Below are positions 29,507-42,294 of a stretch of DNA of 64,000 nt, in pieces. Numbering within the stretch: the stretch's first letter is position 1; each line of letters starts with the position of its first letter. The notes below the pieces were generated by a model. It saw only the letters and a program-made list of their open reading frames with translations. It was not told where the DNA came from and made no database searches. Position numbers and translations under genes: made by a program. Source of the stretch: Burkholderiales bacterium (lineage in GTDB: Bacteria; Pseudomonadota; Gammaproteobacteria; Burkholderiales; SG8-39); the NCBI GenBank assembly GCA_038206915.1, contig JBBRAI010000002.1:78079-142078 (forward strand), written 5' to 3'.

Positions 29507-32500
29507 TCACACACCGCGCGCGGCGTTAGCCGGGTCGGACGGTCCCGGGGCGCCCGCGCCGCCGGCTTGCGCATCGCGTTTGCGATCCGGCGCACCCGCG
29601 CCCTGCGCGGCCCCGAACCAGTGCCGCGCGCGCTGCGCAAGATCGTCCAGATAGGTGTAGATCACCGGCACCACCACCAGGGTGAGCAGGGTCGAGGTAA
29701 TGATGCCGCCGATCACCGCGTGCGCCATCGGTGCGCGCTGCTCCGAACCCTCGCCGATGCCCAGCGCCAGCGGAATCATGCCGAATACCATGGCGAAGGT
29801 CGTCATCAGGATCGGGCGCAGCCGGATGCGGCCGGCTTCAAGAATCGCCTGCGCGCGCTCCTTGCCCGCCGCGCGCAGCTGGTTGGTGAAGTCCACCAGC
29901 AGGATCGCGTTCTTGGTCACCAAACCCATGAGCATGACAAAGCCGATGATCGAGAAAATGTTGAGCGTCGAGCGCGCGATCAGCAGCGCGAGCAATACGC
30001 CGATCAGGGACAGCGGCAGCGACATCATGATCGCCACCGGCTGCAGGAACGAGCCGAACTGGCTCGCCAGTATCAGGTAGATGAAAATTATCGCCAGCAG
30101 CAGCGCCGACAGCGCGTATCCCATGGTTTCCTGGATGTCCTTGGTCGAACCGCCCATGACGAAGCGATAACCCGGCGGCGTCGGGACCTTCGCCAGTTGC
30201 GCGGCGATTTCCTTGCCCAAATCGCCCGCGGGCCGGCCCAGCGCGTTCGCCGTGACCAGCACTTCACGCGTCAGGTCCTTGCGGTTGATTTGCGTGGCGC
30301 CCAGGGTCGGAACGAATTCCGCAACCTGGCGCAGCGGGACCATTTTCGGGCTGCCGTCGGCGCCTGACTGGTTGCTGGCGATGTAGATGCGCCCGAGGTC
30401 GCCGCGGTTTTCGCGCTCACCCTTGGGCAGGCGCACCTTGACGTCGTAGTTTTCCTCATCCGGCGCCTTCCAGCTGGAGATCGCTTCTCCCGCGAGCAGC
30501 GGCCGCAGCGCCTCGCCGATCTTGCCCACGCCCACGCCGAGGTCGCTCGCGAGTTCGCGGTCGATGCGCACCGCCACCGTGGGTTTGGCGGCCTTGAGGC
30601 TGGAGTCGATGTCCACCAGGCCGTTGATCCCGCCCATGATCGCCTTGACCTGCTGCGACAGCCGTTCGATTTCCGCCATGTCAGGGCCCTGCACCGAGAC
30701 CTGCAGCGGCTTGCCGCTGCCGATCGGCGCGTATACGCCGAGGTTGGTGATTTCAATGCCCGCAATTTGGCGCAGGCGCTCGCGCATGCGCTTTTGCAGC
30801 TGTTTCAGATTGGCGGCGCGCTGGCCGCGATCCACCAGCCTGACGAATATGGTGGCGTAGTTCTTGCCGGGTGTGGTTCCAGTGTTGAGCGTCGCGTAGG
30901 TGTAGATCACTTCGGGATACTCGCGCAGCGCGCTTTCCGCCTGCTGGACTTTGGCCTGGGTGAATTCGAGCGAGGAGCCCACCGGCGTGTTCAGCTGCAC
31001 CAGGATCTCCGCCAGGTCGGCCTCGGGCACGAATTCGGAGCCTATTTTCGGCACCAGCGCGAACGCCCCGACAAAACTCGCCAGCGCGATGGCGATCACG
31101 CTCTTGCGGTGTGCGAGCGCCCATGAAAGCAGGGCGGAGTAACGTTCGCTGACGCGCTCGATCATGGCTTCATTGCGCGACAGCATGCGCGCGAACCAGC
31201 CTTTGCCGTGCACTCCATGCGCAGCCGGGTCGTACCAGACCGAGGACAGCATCGGGTCGAGCGTGAAGCTCACGAACATTGACAGCAGCACCGCCGCCGC
31301 GACGGTGATGCCGAACTGGTGGAAAAACCTGCCGATGATGCCGCCCATGAAGCCCACCGGCAGGAACACCGCCACGATGCTCAATGTCGTCGCCATCACC
31401 GCCAGGCCGATCTCCCTGGTGCCGTCGAGCGCGGCGTCGTGGTGGCTCTTGCCCATGGCAAGGTGACGCACGATGTTCTCGCGCACTACGATCGCGTCGT
31501 CGATCAGCAGGCCCACGCACAGGCTCATCGCCATGAGCGTGAGCATGTTGACGGTGAAGCCGGCCGCATACATCACGAGGAAGGTGCCGATCAGCGAGAT
31601 CGGCAGGGTGAGACCGGTAATCACCGTGCTGCGCCAGCTGTTGAGGAACAGGAATACGATCAGGATGGTAAGCGCCGCGCCCTCGAGCAGGGTGTGCTTG
31701 ACGTTGTTGACTGAGTTGCGGATGCCGCGCGAAGTGTCGCGCACCACCTCCAGCGTAACGTCGGTGGGCAATTGCTTCTTCAGCGCAGCCACGACCTGGA
31801 GCACGTTGTCCACCGTGTCTATGGTGTTGGCGCTCTGCGATTTGACGATGTCCAGTGAAATCACGCGCCTGCCGTTGACCAGCGCCGCGCTTTCCTCTTC
31901 TTCCTGGCCGTCGACCACGTTGGCTACCTGGGACAGATACACCGGCTGGCCGCCGCGGCGCGCGACGATGACGCGGTTGAACTGCTCCGGCCGGGTGATA
32001 CGCCCTTGCACCTGCACCAGCTTCTCGGTATCGCGCGTCGTGACCGCGCCTGCGGGCAGCTCCTGGTTTTCGCTGCGCACCGCGGCGATCACCTGGTCGA
32101 TGCCTACGCTGAGGGATTCCATCTCGGCGGGCTTGAGGAAGATCTGGATCTCGCGCTTTACCCCGCCTACCAGCGTTATCTGGCCGACGCCGCGCGCGGT
32201 CTCGATGCGTTTCTTGATCACCTGGTCGGCAAGCGTGGTGATTTCGCGCAGCGGCCGGGTGTCCGAGCGCACGGCGAGCGAGACGATGGGCAGGTCATCC
32301 GGGTTGAAGCGGGTGACGCGCGGCTCCTTGACTTCCTTGCGGAACGCGACTTTGACCACCGCCACCTTTTCGCGCACGTCCTGCACCGCGACCGCCGGAT
32401 CGACACTGAGGTCGAATTCCGCGATTACCACCGACAGGCCTTCGTAGGAGCGCGAGGACAGCGTCTTGATGCCGCTAATGGTATTGACCGCTTCCTCGAT

Positions 32501-32698
32501 CTTGCGGCTGATGTCGGTTTCAACGCTCTCGGGCGAGGCGCCGGGGTACTCGGTCTGCACCACCACCACCGGGAAGTTGATGTCCGGAAACTGTTCGACG
32601 GCGAGCCGCTGGTAGGAGAACAGCCCGAGCACCAGCAACGCCGCCATCATCATGGTGGCGAATACCGGATTGTTGATCGAAATGCGGGTAAACCACAT
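29507..32698 (-). CDS. RND efflux permease (AcrB/AcrD/AcrF family)
   Basis: 1063 aa; [30 protein letters not shown]. Confidence 0.95.
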   Translation of the reverse strand: MWFTRISINNPVFATMMMAALLVLGLFSYQRLAVEQFPDINFPVVVVQTEYPGASPESVETDISRKIEEAVNTISGIKTLSSRSYEGLSVVIAEFDLSVDPAVAVQDVREKVAVVKVAFRKEVKEPRVTRFNPDDLPIVSLAVRSDTRPLREITTLADQVIKKRIETARGVGQITLVGGVKREIQIFLKPAEMESLSVGIDQVIAAVRSENQELPAGAVTTRDTEKLVQVQGRITRPEQFNRVIVARRGGQPVYLSQVANVVDGQEEEESAALVNGRRVISLDIVKSQSANTIDTVDNVLQVVAALKKQLPTDVTLEVVRDTSRGIRNSVNNVKHTLLEGAALTILIVFLFLNSWRSTVITGLTLPISLIGTFLVMYAAGFTVNMLTLMAMSLCVGLLIDDAIVVRENIVRHLAMGKSHHDAALDGTREIGLAVMATTLSIVAVFLPVGFMGGIIGRFFHQFGITVAAAVLLSMFVSFTLDPMLSSVWYDPAAHGVHGKGWFARMLSRNEAMIERVSERYSALLSWALAHRKSVIAIALASFVGAFALVPKIGSEFVPEADLAEILVQLNTPVGSSLEFTQAKVQQAESALREYPEVIYTYATLNTGTTPGKNYATIFVRLVDRGQRAANLKQLQKRMRERLRQIAGIEITNLGVYAPIGSGKPLQVSVQGPDMAEIERLSQQVKAIMGGINGLVDIDSSLKAAKPTVAVRIDRELASDLGVGVGKIGEALRPLLAGEAISSWKAPDEENYDVKVRLPKGERENRGDLGRIYIASNQSGADGSPKMVPLRQVAEFVPTLGATQINRKDLTREVLVTANALGRPAGDLGKEIAAQLAKVPTPPGYRFVMGGSTKDIQETMGYALSALLLAIIFIYLILASQFGSFLQPVAIMMSLPLSLIGVLLALLIARSTLNIFSIIGFVMLMGLVTKNAILLVDFTNQLRAAGKERAQAILEAGRIRLRPILMTTFAMVFGMIPLALGIGEGSEQRAPMAHAVIGGIITSTLLTLVVVPVIYTYLDDLAQRARHWFGAAQGAGAPDRKRDAQAGGAGAPGPSDPANAARGV

Positions 32699-32710
32699 GC
32701 GGTGGAATTC

Positions 32711-33835
32711 CTAGTTTCGTGCCGGTGCGACCTTGACGGCGGCCCCGGGGCGCAGAGCGCCCGAATTCGCACGCAGCACCAGACTTTGCGCATCGAGCCC
32801 GTCGACGATCTGCACCACGCCTTCGTCCTCGTTCTTCAGGCCGAGCTTCACCGCGCGCTGCTCCAGCCGTCCTTCGGCGATGCGCAGCACATAGGCTTTG
32901 CCCCCTTCCTCGCGCACGGCCGACAGCGGCAGCACCTGCGCCGACTCGATCCGGCTCAGGGTCACGCTGCCTTTGGCGAACATGCCGCCCTTGAGCGCGC
33001 TGTCAGCGTTCGGCAGATGGGCATAGATGACGATTGAGCGCGAGCCGCTTTGCGTGGTGGGACTGATGCGGTCGATGCTGCCGCGGAATTCACGTTCGCC
33101 GAAACCCTCGACGCGAAAGCTCACCTCCTGGCCGAGGCGGACGCTGGGGATGTCGCTCGCGGGCAGCGCCGCCTCGACTTCCATTTCGGCCAGATCCACC
33201 AGCGTGACAATCTTGCCGTCCACCGGGAGTTTTTCGCCCGGCTGCGCGTGGCGCTGCGATACGATGCCCGCCTGCGGCGCACTGACCACGGTATCGGCGA
33301 GCGCCTTCTTCGCCAGGGCCACCTGCGCCTCAAGTGCCTTCAGTTTTGCCTCGGATACCTGGTAGTTGCTCTGCACGCTGTCGAATGCGTTCTGCGAGAT
33401 GAATTTCTGCTGCAGCAGCGCAAGATTGTTGGCGCGGTTCTTCTGCGCCAGGGCCAGCTGCGCGCGGCCGGCTTCCAGATCGGCGATCTTCTCGTCCAGT
33501 CGCGCCTGTGCATCCTGGGCGTCGATGCGCGCGAGCACCTGTCCGGCGCGGACTGCTTCGCCTTCGCGCACCAGCATCGACTTCAGCTCGCCCGCGACTT
33601 TTGCCTTGACCGTGGTCCAGTTGTGCGGCTGCAGCGTGCCGGTGATGGAAATCGCCAGGCGCAGCTCGCGCGTCTTCGGTTGTACCAGGTCGCTTGCCGC
33701 GAACTCGATCGGCGGCGTGCTCGCCGGCTGCGCCGAGGCGACGCTGTTGTCGTGGGTCGCAATGACGCTGGCGACGACTGCCGCGGCGAGGCCGCCGGCC
33801 GCCAGCCACCAATGCTTATTTCTTTTTGCGGGCAT
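32711..33835 (-). CDS. RND membrane fusion protein
   Basis: VKAKVAGEL, coiled coil, APQAGIV, GGMFA. Confidence 0.92.
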   Translation of the reverse strand: MPAKRNKHWWLAAGGLAAAVVASVIATHDNSVASAQPASTPPIEFAASDLVQPKTRELRLAISITGTLQPHNWTTVKAKVAGELKSMLVREGEAVRAGQVLARIDAQDAQARLDEKIADLEAGRAQLALAQKNRANNLALLQQKFISQNAFDSVQSNYQVSEAKLKALEAQVALAKKALADTVVSAPQAGIVSQRHAQPGEKLPVDGKIVTLVDLAEMEVEAALPASDIPSVRLGQEVSFRVEGFGEREFRGSIDRISPTTQSGSRSIVIYAHLPNADSALKGGMFAKGSVTLSRIESAQVLPLSAVREEGGKAYVLRIAEGRLEQRAVKLGLKNEDEGVVQIVDGLDAQSLVLRANSGALRPGAAVKVAPARN

Positions 33836-34490
33836 GCTTTTTCTCCTGCGCCTGCTTCTCTTGCAGGCTGTGCACCAACATATCCAGATAGGCGTCGAGG
33901 TAGCGTTTTGGCTGCAGCTTCTCGTGCTCGCAGCATGCGAACGAGTGTCTCCACACGGCGAGCATTACCAGCGGCGCAAGCGCTACGTGAACCACATGGT
34001 CGACGTCGACCTCGCGGAACTCGCCCGCTTCGGTGCCGCGCTGCAGGATGCGGCGGAACATCGCGTGGGCGCGCAGGATCACTTCGTCGTAATAGAACTT
34101 GGCGAGATCGGGGAAGTTGCCGGCTTCGGCAATCACGAGCTTGGGAATACCCGCGATCTTTGAGGAGCCGGTCAATTCCCACCAGCCGAGCACCAGTTGG
34201 CGTATCAGGTCGGCGGAACTGCCGGGAAAATTCTCCAACATTTGCTCGCCGTGCAGCAGCAGGGGCACGATATTGCCGCGCACCACCGCCTTGAACAGGT
34301 CTTCCTTGTTCTCGAAATACAGGTAGAGCGTGCCTTTGCTTACGCCGGCGTGTGCGGCAACGTCGTCCAGGCGCGTGCTGGCGAAGCCGCGCTCGACGAA
34401 CAGATCAAGGGCGGCGGCGATGATTTCCTCGGGGCGCGCGTCCTTGCGCCGTGCCCAGCGCGGTTGCGGCCTTTTTTCGGGTGCATTCAT
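33816..34490 (-). CDS. TetR/AcrR transcriptional regulator
   Basis: HTH AGVSKGTLYLYFENKEDL. Confidence 0.92.
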   Translation of the reverse strand: MNAPEKRPQPRWARRKDARPEEIIAAALDLFVERGFASTRLDDVAAHAGVSKGTLYLYFENKEDLFKAVVRGNIVPLLLHGEQMLENFPGSSADLIRQLVLGWWELTGSSKIAGIPKLVIAEAGNFPDLAKFYYDEVILRAHAMFRRILQRGTEAGEFREVDVDHVVHVALAPLVMLAVWRHSFACCEHEKLQPKRYLDAYLDMLVHSLQEKQAQEKKHARKKK

Positions 34491-34510
34491 GTTTCTTTCT
34501 GTTCGTTTGA

Positions 34511-34528
34511 TAACTGACCGGTCAGTAA
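34511..34528. promoter_or_regulatory. Probable TetR autoregulatory operator
   Basis: Perfect 14-bp palindrome ACTGACCGGTCAGT (34513-34526) just upstream of the tetR start. Confidence 0.65.
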
Positions 34529-34641
34529 GATATAGAGCCTTCGCGGGAAAGTCAACAGCAACGGGGCTTCCGCGCGCCGGGCCGGCCAAGGTCCCGGATC
34601 GCGTTGCAAAGCAGGGGTGATTGCGGTACCTTGGCCTCATG

Positions 34642-34734
34642 ACGTTGGGGGTCCTGCGCTTGTGGTCTAGACCGCAGCGCGGGTGAGAGAGTCCCTTTGA
34701 ACCTGATGCGGATAATGCCGCCGCAGGGAAGCGT
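34642..34734 (+). ncRNA. TPP riboswitch
   Basis: GGGGTC...GGGTGAGA...CCCTTTGAACCTGATGCGGATAATGCCGCCGCAGGGAA upstream of thiC; downstream GCTCCT (34758-34763) can pair with the AGGAGC ribosome-binding site. Confidence 0.92.
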
Positions 34735-34797
34735 GAGCAGATCCCCCTCCTGTCTCCGCTCCTGCGGCTATTGTCGATTCCGGCGACGCCGGACTAG

Positions 34798-36720
<1,923 letters not shown>

Positions 36721-36739
36721 AGCCTCAACGCCACAAGGG

Positions 36740-36769
36740 AAACGGCGCGTTCACGCGCCGTTTTTTCTT
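36740..36769 (+). terminator. Intrinsic terminator after thiC
   Basis: AAACGGCGCGT-TC-ACGCGCCGTTT stem-loop followed by a T run. Confidence 0.8.
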
Positions 36770-36849
36770 GGCGCGCGCGCCTGGGTGCCGTGCAATATTT
36801 TTGCGCTGCCGCGCATGCCGGACCCTGCCAGCGCTTACAATCCGGTCCC

Positions 36850-37674
36850 ATGGACCAAATCATTCTTGTGAAAGCGCTGATCCTCGGGGTCGTCGAAGGG
36901 CTTACTGAATTCCTGCCGGTATCCAGCACCGGGCACCTGATTCTTGCGGGCGACCTGCTCAATTTCAACGACGAGCGCGGCAAGCTGTTCGAGATCGTGA
37001 TTCAGTGCGGCGCGATTCTCGCGGTGTGCTGGGAATACAGGATCAAGATCACCAAGGTGATCGCGGGCCTGGGCTCGCAGCGCGAGGCGCAGCGTTTCGC
37101 CCTGAACCTCGTGATCGCATTCATTCCCGCAGCGGTGCTGGGACTGGCTTTCGGCAAGGCGATCAAGGCGCAGTTGTTCCAGCCGGTACCGGTGGCGCTG
37201 GCGTTCATCGTCGGCGGGTTAATCATCCTGTGGGCGGAAAAGCGCAAGCACACGGTGCGCATCCAGGAGGTGGAGGAGCTGCGCTGGAGCGACGCGCTGA
37301 AGCTCGGATTCGCGCAGGCGTTCGCGTTGATCCCGGGTACTTCGCGCTCCGGCGCCACGATTATCGGCGGCCTGCTGTTCGGCCTGTCGCGCAAGGCGGC
37401 GACCGAGTTCTCGTTCTTTCTCGCGATACCGACACTGTTCGCCGCCTCGGGCTACGAGCTCTACAAAGAGCGCGCGCTGCTCTCGTTCAATGACTGGGGC
37501 ATGTGGGTCGTGGGATTTGCCGCCGCGTTCGCTTCGGCCTTCCTTTGCGTGCGTTGGCTGCTGCGCTATATTTCCAGCCACGACTTCAGCATATTCGCCT
37601 GGTATCGCATCGCGTTCGGGCTGGTGGTGCTGGGCACGGCCTACTCGGGGGTGGTTGACTGGAGCGTGCACTGA
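36850..37674 (+). CDS. uppP: Undecaprenyl-diphosphatase
   Basis: [25 protein letters not shown]. Confidence 0.95.
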   Translation: MDQIILVKALILGVVEGLTEFLPVSSTGHLILAGDLLNFNDERGKLFEIVIQCGAILAVCWEYRIKITKVIAGLGSQREAQRFALNLVIAFIPAAVLGLAFGKAIKAQLFQPVPVALAFIVGGLIILWAEKRKHTVRIQEVEELRWSDALKLGFAQAFALIPGTSRSGATIIGGLLFGLSRKAATEFSFFLAIPTLFAASGYELYKERALLSFNDWGMWVVGFAAAFASAFLCVRWLLRYISSHDFSIFAWYRIAFGLVVLGTAYSGVVDWSVH

Positions 37675-37720
37675 GCCGTTTTCGGCGCCGGTGTCGAGGG
37701 GCGCCGAAGCCGCAAGCCGT

Positions 37721-39322
37721 TCAGTAGGCGGCAACTGCGCCGTCGGATCGCGGGTCGGCGCCACCTTCGAGCACACCGTTCGGATGGCGCACGATCGCGC
37801 CCGCGTGCCCCATGGTTTCGTCCCAGTCCCGCAGCACTTCCACATCGTGGCCCAAGCGCCGCAGCTGCGCGACCACTTCGGCCGGAAAACGCGCTTCCAG
37901 CTTTAGCGTGTCGCTGACCTGCCCCCAGGTGCGGCCGAGCAACCAGCGCGGCGCGCTCACCGCTTCCTGCGGATTCATGCCGAAGCAGGCATAACGCGTG
38001 AACACCGCGCTCTGGCTCTGCGGCTGGCCGTCGCCGCCCATGTTGCCGTAGACCATGCTGCGGCCGTCCGCGAACAGCGCCAGCGCGGGATTGAGCGTGT
38101 GGAAGGGCTTGCGCAGCGGCCGCAGCGCGTTCAGTGCGTGTTCGTCGAGCGAGAAGCTGCAGCCACGGTTCTGCCACACGATGCCGCTATCCTTCAGCAC
38201 AACGCCGCTGCCGTACTCGTGGTAGGTGCTCTGGATGAAAGTCACCGCGCGTCCTACGCCGTCGATTGCGCCCATCCACACGGTATCGGCCGGGCCTTGG
38301 CCCGCGCCCCAGGGCGCGGCACGCCCGCGGTCGACGGTTGCAGCCAGAGCGCGTACCGCGGCCGGTTCGAGCAAGCTCTGCGCGTCGAACTTCATGTAAG
38401 CCGGGTCGGTGACGCTGCGGTCGCGGATCGTGAACGCCAGCTTGGTGGCTTCCACGCACAGATGCACGTACTCGGCGCCCGCCGGATCGACTTTGTCGAT
38501 TTCAAGCGCATCGAGCATGCCCAGGATCAACAGCGAAACCACGCCTTGGGTCGGCGGCGTCATGTTGTACAGCGTTCCTTTGGAATGCTTCAACGCGAGC
38601 GGGAAGCGCCATTGCGCCTGGTGCCGACGCAGGTCGGCGAGCGCGAGCGGGCTGCCGGCCGCCGCCAGATCGCGCGCAAGTGATTGCGCAAGCTCGCCGC
38701 GGTAGAAATCGTCCAAGCCTGCGCGCGCGAGCCGTCGCAGCGTCGCACCCAGGCGCGGCTGCAGAAACACACTGCCGATCGCAGGCGGCGCCGCGTCAAC
38801 CAGATAGGTTTCGTCGAAGCCGTGCACGCCTCTCAAGCCTTCGAGTTTGGCCGCCGTGGTGGCGTTCTGGCTGCGCGTAACCGCGATGCCGTTCTCGGCG
38901 CAGTGGATCGCGTCGGCGAACAGGCGGTCCAGCGGGAATTTTCCGCCCAGCTCCTTGCGGCTGAAATCGTACGCTGTGTTCCAGCCGGAAACGGTGCCGG
39001 CGACGGTGTTCGCAGCGCTGCCGCCGCGAAACGGGATGCTCCCGGTGCTGCCGCGCTCGACGTACCACTCTATCGAAGCTGCGGCGGCTGATGCACCGCA
39101 GGCGTCGATCGCGCGCGGCGCCTGGCCCGGAACATGGATCAGCCAGAACGCGTCGCCGCCTATGGAATTCATGTGCGGATACACCACGGCGATACTCGCC
39201 GCGGCCGCGATCATCGCCTCGATCGCGTTGCCGCCTTCGCGCAGGATGGCGAGCGCTGCCTGTGCCGCGAGCGCGTGCGGCGCTACGGCCATGCCGCGTG
39301 TGGCGCGGACGGAATTGAACAA
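37721..39322 (-). CDS. Gamma-glutamyltransferase-family Ntn hydrolase, HpxW (oxamate amidohydrolase)-like
   Basis: GMAVAPH, VYPHMNSIGGD, GPADTVWMG (nucleophile Thr), IVWQNRG, PFHTLNP, MGGDGQPQ, PRWLLGRTWG; the TTG start is uncertain. Confidence 0.8.
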   Translation of the reverse strand: MFNSVRATRGMAVAPHALAAQAALAILREGGNAIEAMIAAAASIAVVYPHMNSIGGDAFWLIHVPGQAPRAIDACGASAAAASIEWYVERGSTGSIPFRGGSAANTVAGTVSGWNTAYDFSRKELGGKFPLDRLFADAIHCAENGIAVTRSQNATTAAKLEGLRGVHGFDETYLVDAAPPAIGSVFLQPRLGATLRRLARAGLDDFYRGELAQSLARDLAAAGSPLALADLRRHQAQWRFPLALKHSKGTLYNMTPPTQGVVSLLILGMLDALEIDKVDPAGAEYVHLCVEATKLAFTIRDRSVTDPAYMKFDAQSLLEPAAVRALAATVDRGRAAPWGAGQGPADTVWMGAIDGVGRAVTFIQSTYHEYGSGVVLKDSGIVWQNRGCSFSLDEHALNALRPLRKPFHTLNPALALFADGRSMVYGNMGGDGQPQSQSAVFTRYACFGMNPQEAVSAPRWLLGRTWGQVSDTLKLEARFPAEVVAQLRRLGHDVEVLRDWDETMGHAGAIVRHPNGVLEGGADPRSDGAVAAY

Positions 39323-39435
39323 GGAGGACTCCGGAAAGTGTTGCGGCCCGGCGATTCTACCGGATGCCAAACGCGCGCCTTGCCAATGCAGCGCAGGTCA
39401 GAGTATGCGACGCGGATTCTGGTGGGAGCTTGCGA

Positions 39436-39888
39436 TCAGTTTTGCGTCCAGGGCAGGCCGGCCGCGCGCCACCCGCCGAGGCGGTTGCGCTGGCCGCCGG
39501 GGTCTTTGTCGCCCTCGAATCCCTGCAGCACATTGTAGGCTTTGGCGTAGCCGACCCGGGCCAGGGCGATGGCGGCGTGATGCGAGCGCACGCCGCTGCG
39601 GCACAGGAGCATCACGGTCGCGCTCCTGTCTACCAAGGCGTCGAAATCGGTTATGAAATCGAGATTGCGCCCGCCGCCTGGCCAACTGTTCCATTCGATC
39701 GCGACGCTGCCCGGCACCTTGCCCACCCATTCAAGTTCGGCGCGTGTGCGCACATCAACCAGGCGGGCGTCGGGCAGTGCGTGCATCAGGGCATGCGCTT
39801 CGGCAGGCAGCAAGGCGCCTGCGTAAGACAGCTTCAGATCGCGGGCGCGATCCTGTGCCGCAAGGAGGATTTCTTGCGCGGACGGCAT
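39436..39888 (-). CDS. Rhodanese-like protein
   Basis: [35 protein letters not shown]. Confidence 0.88.
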   Translation of the reverse strand: MPSAQEILLAAQDRARDLKLSYAGALLPAEAHALMHALPDARLVDVRTRAELEWVGKVPGSVAIEWNSWPGGGRNLDFITDFDALVDRSATVMLLCRSGVRSHHAAIALARVGYAKAYNVLQGFEGDKDPGGQRNRLGGWRAAGLPWTQN

Positions 39889-39964
39889 TTTGTGCTCGGG
39901 TCCTGGATTGCCTGGAGCGCAAAATTATAAGGCAGCCACCGTTGCGAAACTACGGAAGATCGCG

Positions 39965-40011
39965 CGCACAGTATTGGTGCGCAAATTATCCGTTTGCACC
40001 AAATTAGTTCA
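39965..40011 (+). promoter_or_regulatory. Tandem NtrC binding sites upstream of glnA
   Basis: GCAC-AGTATTG-GTGC (39966-39980) and TGCACCAAATTAGTTCA (39995-40011), 30 bp apart. Confidence 0.8.
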
Positions 40012-40075
40012 CCGCAGCCTCGATTCACAACGGAACTTCGCTTGTGGCACAATGCTCTGCTCGTATTTCCCCGGA

Positions 40076-40090
40076 TGGCATGTTTTCTGC
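40076..40090 (+). promoter_or_regulatory. Sigma54 promoter of glnA
   Basis: TGGCATGTTTTCTGC, GG-N10-GC spacing. Confidence 0.8.
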
Positions 40091-40150
40091 TCTCTTACCG
40101 CTGTTTCCCGATTTCTTACCGTCATTAACCGCTTCTTGAGGAGATTTCAA

Positions 40151-41566
40151 ATGGCTATGTCCCCATCCGACGTACTGAAACAGGTCAAGGACAAGGAGGT
40201 AAAATTCGTCGATCTGCGCTTTACCGACACCCGCGGCAAGGAGCAGCACGTAACGGTCCCGGCCAAGCAGTTCACCATGGAAAAATTCGACGACGGCCAT
40301 TTCTTCGACGGCTCGTCGATCGCCGGCTGGAAATGCATTGAAGCCTCGGACATGCTGCTTATTCCGGACGCCGATACGGCGCGCATGGACCCGTTTACCG
40401 ACGAAACCGTACTCAACATCACCTGCGACGTGGTCGAGCCCGCCGACCACAAGGGCTACGACCGCGATCCGCGCTCGCTGGCCAAGCGTGCGGAGGCGTA
40501 TCTCAAGTCTACCGGCCTGGGCGATACCGCCTATTTCGGTCCCGAGCCCGAATTCTTCGTATTCGATTCCGTTACCTGGAATGTGGACATGTCCGGCTGT
40601 TTCGTGAAAATCGATTCCGAAGAAGCGCCCTGGTCCAGCGGCAAGGAGTATGAAGGCGGCAACATGGCGCATCGCGCGCCGGTGAAAGGTGGATATTTTC
40701 CCGTGCCGCCCGCCGATTCCCTGCAAGACATCCGCAACGCAATGTGCCTGGCGATGGAAGCGCAGGGCGTCGAAGTTGAGGTCCACCACCACGAAGTAGC
40801 CGCGCCCGGCCAGTGCGAAATCGGCACCAAGTTCGAGAAACTGGTGAAGCGCGCCGACTGGCTGCAGATTCTCAAATATACGGTGTGGAACGTGGCGCAT
40901 TCCTACGGCAAGACCGCCACTTTCATGCCCAAGCCGGTGGTTGGCGACAACGGCTCCGGTATGCATGTGCACCAGTCGGTTTGGAAAGGCGGCGAAAACA
41001 TGTTCGCCGGCAACAAGTACGCAGGCCTGTCGGATTTCGCGCTTTACTACATCGGCGGCATCATCAAACACGCCCGGGCTCTGAATGCGATCACCAATCC
41101 CGGCACCAACTCCTACAAGCGTCTGGTACCTGGATTCGAGGCTCCGATCAACCTGGCATATTCCTCGCGCAACCGCTCCGCGGCCTGCCGCATTCCGAAC
41201 GTGACCAGCCCCAAGGCGCGCCGCGTCGAAGTGCGTTTCCCCGACCCGACCGCCAACCCCTACCTCGCCTTCTCGGCGATGCTGATGGCCGGACTGGACG
41301 GCGTGCAGAACAAGATTCACCCCGGCGACCCGATCGACAAGAACCTGTACGATCTGCCGGCCTCACAGGCAAAGAAAGTTCCGAACGTCTGTTCTTCGCT
41401 GGAAATGGCGCTGGAGCATCTGACCAAGGACCACGAGTTTCTGACCCGCGGCGGCGTGTTCTCCGACGACCTGATCGAGGCTTATATCGCGCTCAAGATG
41501 GACGAGGTCACCCGATTCCGCATGACCACTCATCCGCTCGAGTTCGACATGTATTACAGCAGCTGA
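40151..41566 (+). CDS. glnA: Glutamine synthetase type I
   Basis: [38 protein letters not shown] adenylylation site. Confidence 0.97.
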   Translation: MAMSPSDVLKQVKDKEVKFVDLRFTDTRGKEQHVTVPAKQFTMEKFDDGHFFDGSSIAGWKCIEASDMLLIPDADTARMDPFTDETVLNITCDVVEPADHKGYDRDPRSLAKRAEAYLKSTGLGDTAYFGPEPEFFVFDSVTWNVDMSGCFVKIDSEEAPWSSGKEYEGGNMAHRAPVKGGYFPVPPADSLQDIRNAMCLAMEAQGVEVEVHHHEVAAPGQCEIGTKFEKLVKRADWLQILKYTVWNVAHSYGKTATFMPKPVVGDNGSGMHVHQSVWKGGENMFAGNKYAGLSDFALYYIGGIIKHARALNAITNPGTNSYKRLVPGFEAPINLAYSSRNRSAACRIPNVTSPKARRVEVRFPDPTANPYLAFSAMLMAGLDGVQNKIHPGDPIDKNLYDLPASQAKKVPNVCSSLEMALEHLTKDHEFLTRGGVFSDDLIEAYIALKMDEVTRFRMTTHPLEFDMYYSS

Positions 41567-41584
41567 TAAGGCGGCCGAACCAGG

Positions 41585-41613
41585 AAAAGGCGGGTAAGTC
41601 CCCGCCTTTTTTT
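41585..41613 (+). terminator. Intrinsic terminator after glnA
   Basis: AAAAGGCGGG-TAAGTC-CCCGCCTTTT plus T run. Confidence 0.85.
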
Positions 41614-41734
41614 ATCGACTTGCCGCGCAGCGCAGGGCGTTCCTCCAAGGCAAGGTCGGAGCCTTAGAAAAACTATTTGAAATCAGCCGGATAATGGCAT
41701 AGACTTAAACTTCATTCTGAGTGACCCGAGTTCT

Positions 41735-42223
41735 ATGGCACTGCGCACCGCCCGATGTCTGAGTCTGATCACCGCCTTCACCGGTGTGCTATCGCTGCCG
41801 GCGCTGGGCGACACATTCAAGTGTGTAGACGCGAACGGCCGCGCCACCTACACCAACATTAACGAAGAAACCCGCGGCAAGAACTGTACGCTGGTAATGC
41901 GGGAGATATCGGTGGTCCCCGCCATTCCGCCGGCGCGCGCGGCCAAAGCGCCGCCTTCTCCAGCGGGCTTCCCCAAAGTCGACCCGGCCACCCAGAAAGA
42001 CCGGGACCTGGGCAGGCGCAGGATTCTTGAGGACGAACTCAGCAGCGAGGAGAAGGCGTTGACGCAAGCCAAGGCGGACCTGACGCAGCAGGAATCGATT
42101 CGCAACGGCGACGAGCGGAACTACCAGCGCGTGATAGACCGCCTGCAGAAATACAAGGACGAGGTCGAGCGGCACGAGAAGAACGTCGAAGCGCTGAAGC
42201 GAGAGCTCAGCAGCGTCAGGTAG
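41735..42223 (+). CDS. DUF4124-domain exported protein
   Basis: Signal peptide, FKCVDANGRATYTN, FPKVD..TQ..RD, coiled coil; usual position between glnA and ntrB. Confidence 0.8.
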   Translation: MALRTARCLSLITAFTGVLSLPALGDTFKCVDANGRATYTNINEETRGKNCTLVMREISVVPAIPPARAAKAPPSPAGFPKVDPATQKDRDLGRRRILEDELSSEEKALTQAKADLTQQESIRNGDERNYQRVIDRLQKYKDEVERHEKNVEALKRELSSVR

Positions 42224-42294
42224 TCGCGCGTTTTCGGCGGCGCGGATACGCGCCGCTACGCCTCGGGTAGTCTCTATGCGGCGCTCCGATCCCT

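Noticed and set aside
27092-34490. tetR-MFP-RND-pcm-rhodanese-tolC as a novel system
   Set aside because: The pcm-rhodanese-tolC arrangement beside waaA is a familiar proteobacterial one, with no unusual domains.
40045-40060. TGGCACAATGCTCTGC as the glnA sigma54 promoter
   Set aside because: GG-to-GC spacing is 11, not 10; the site at 40076 fits.
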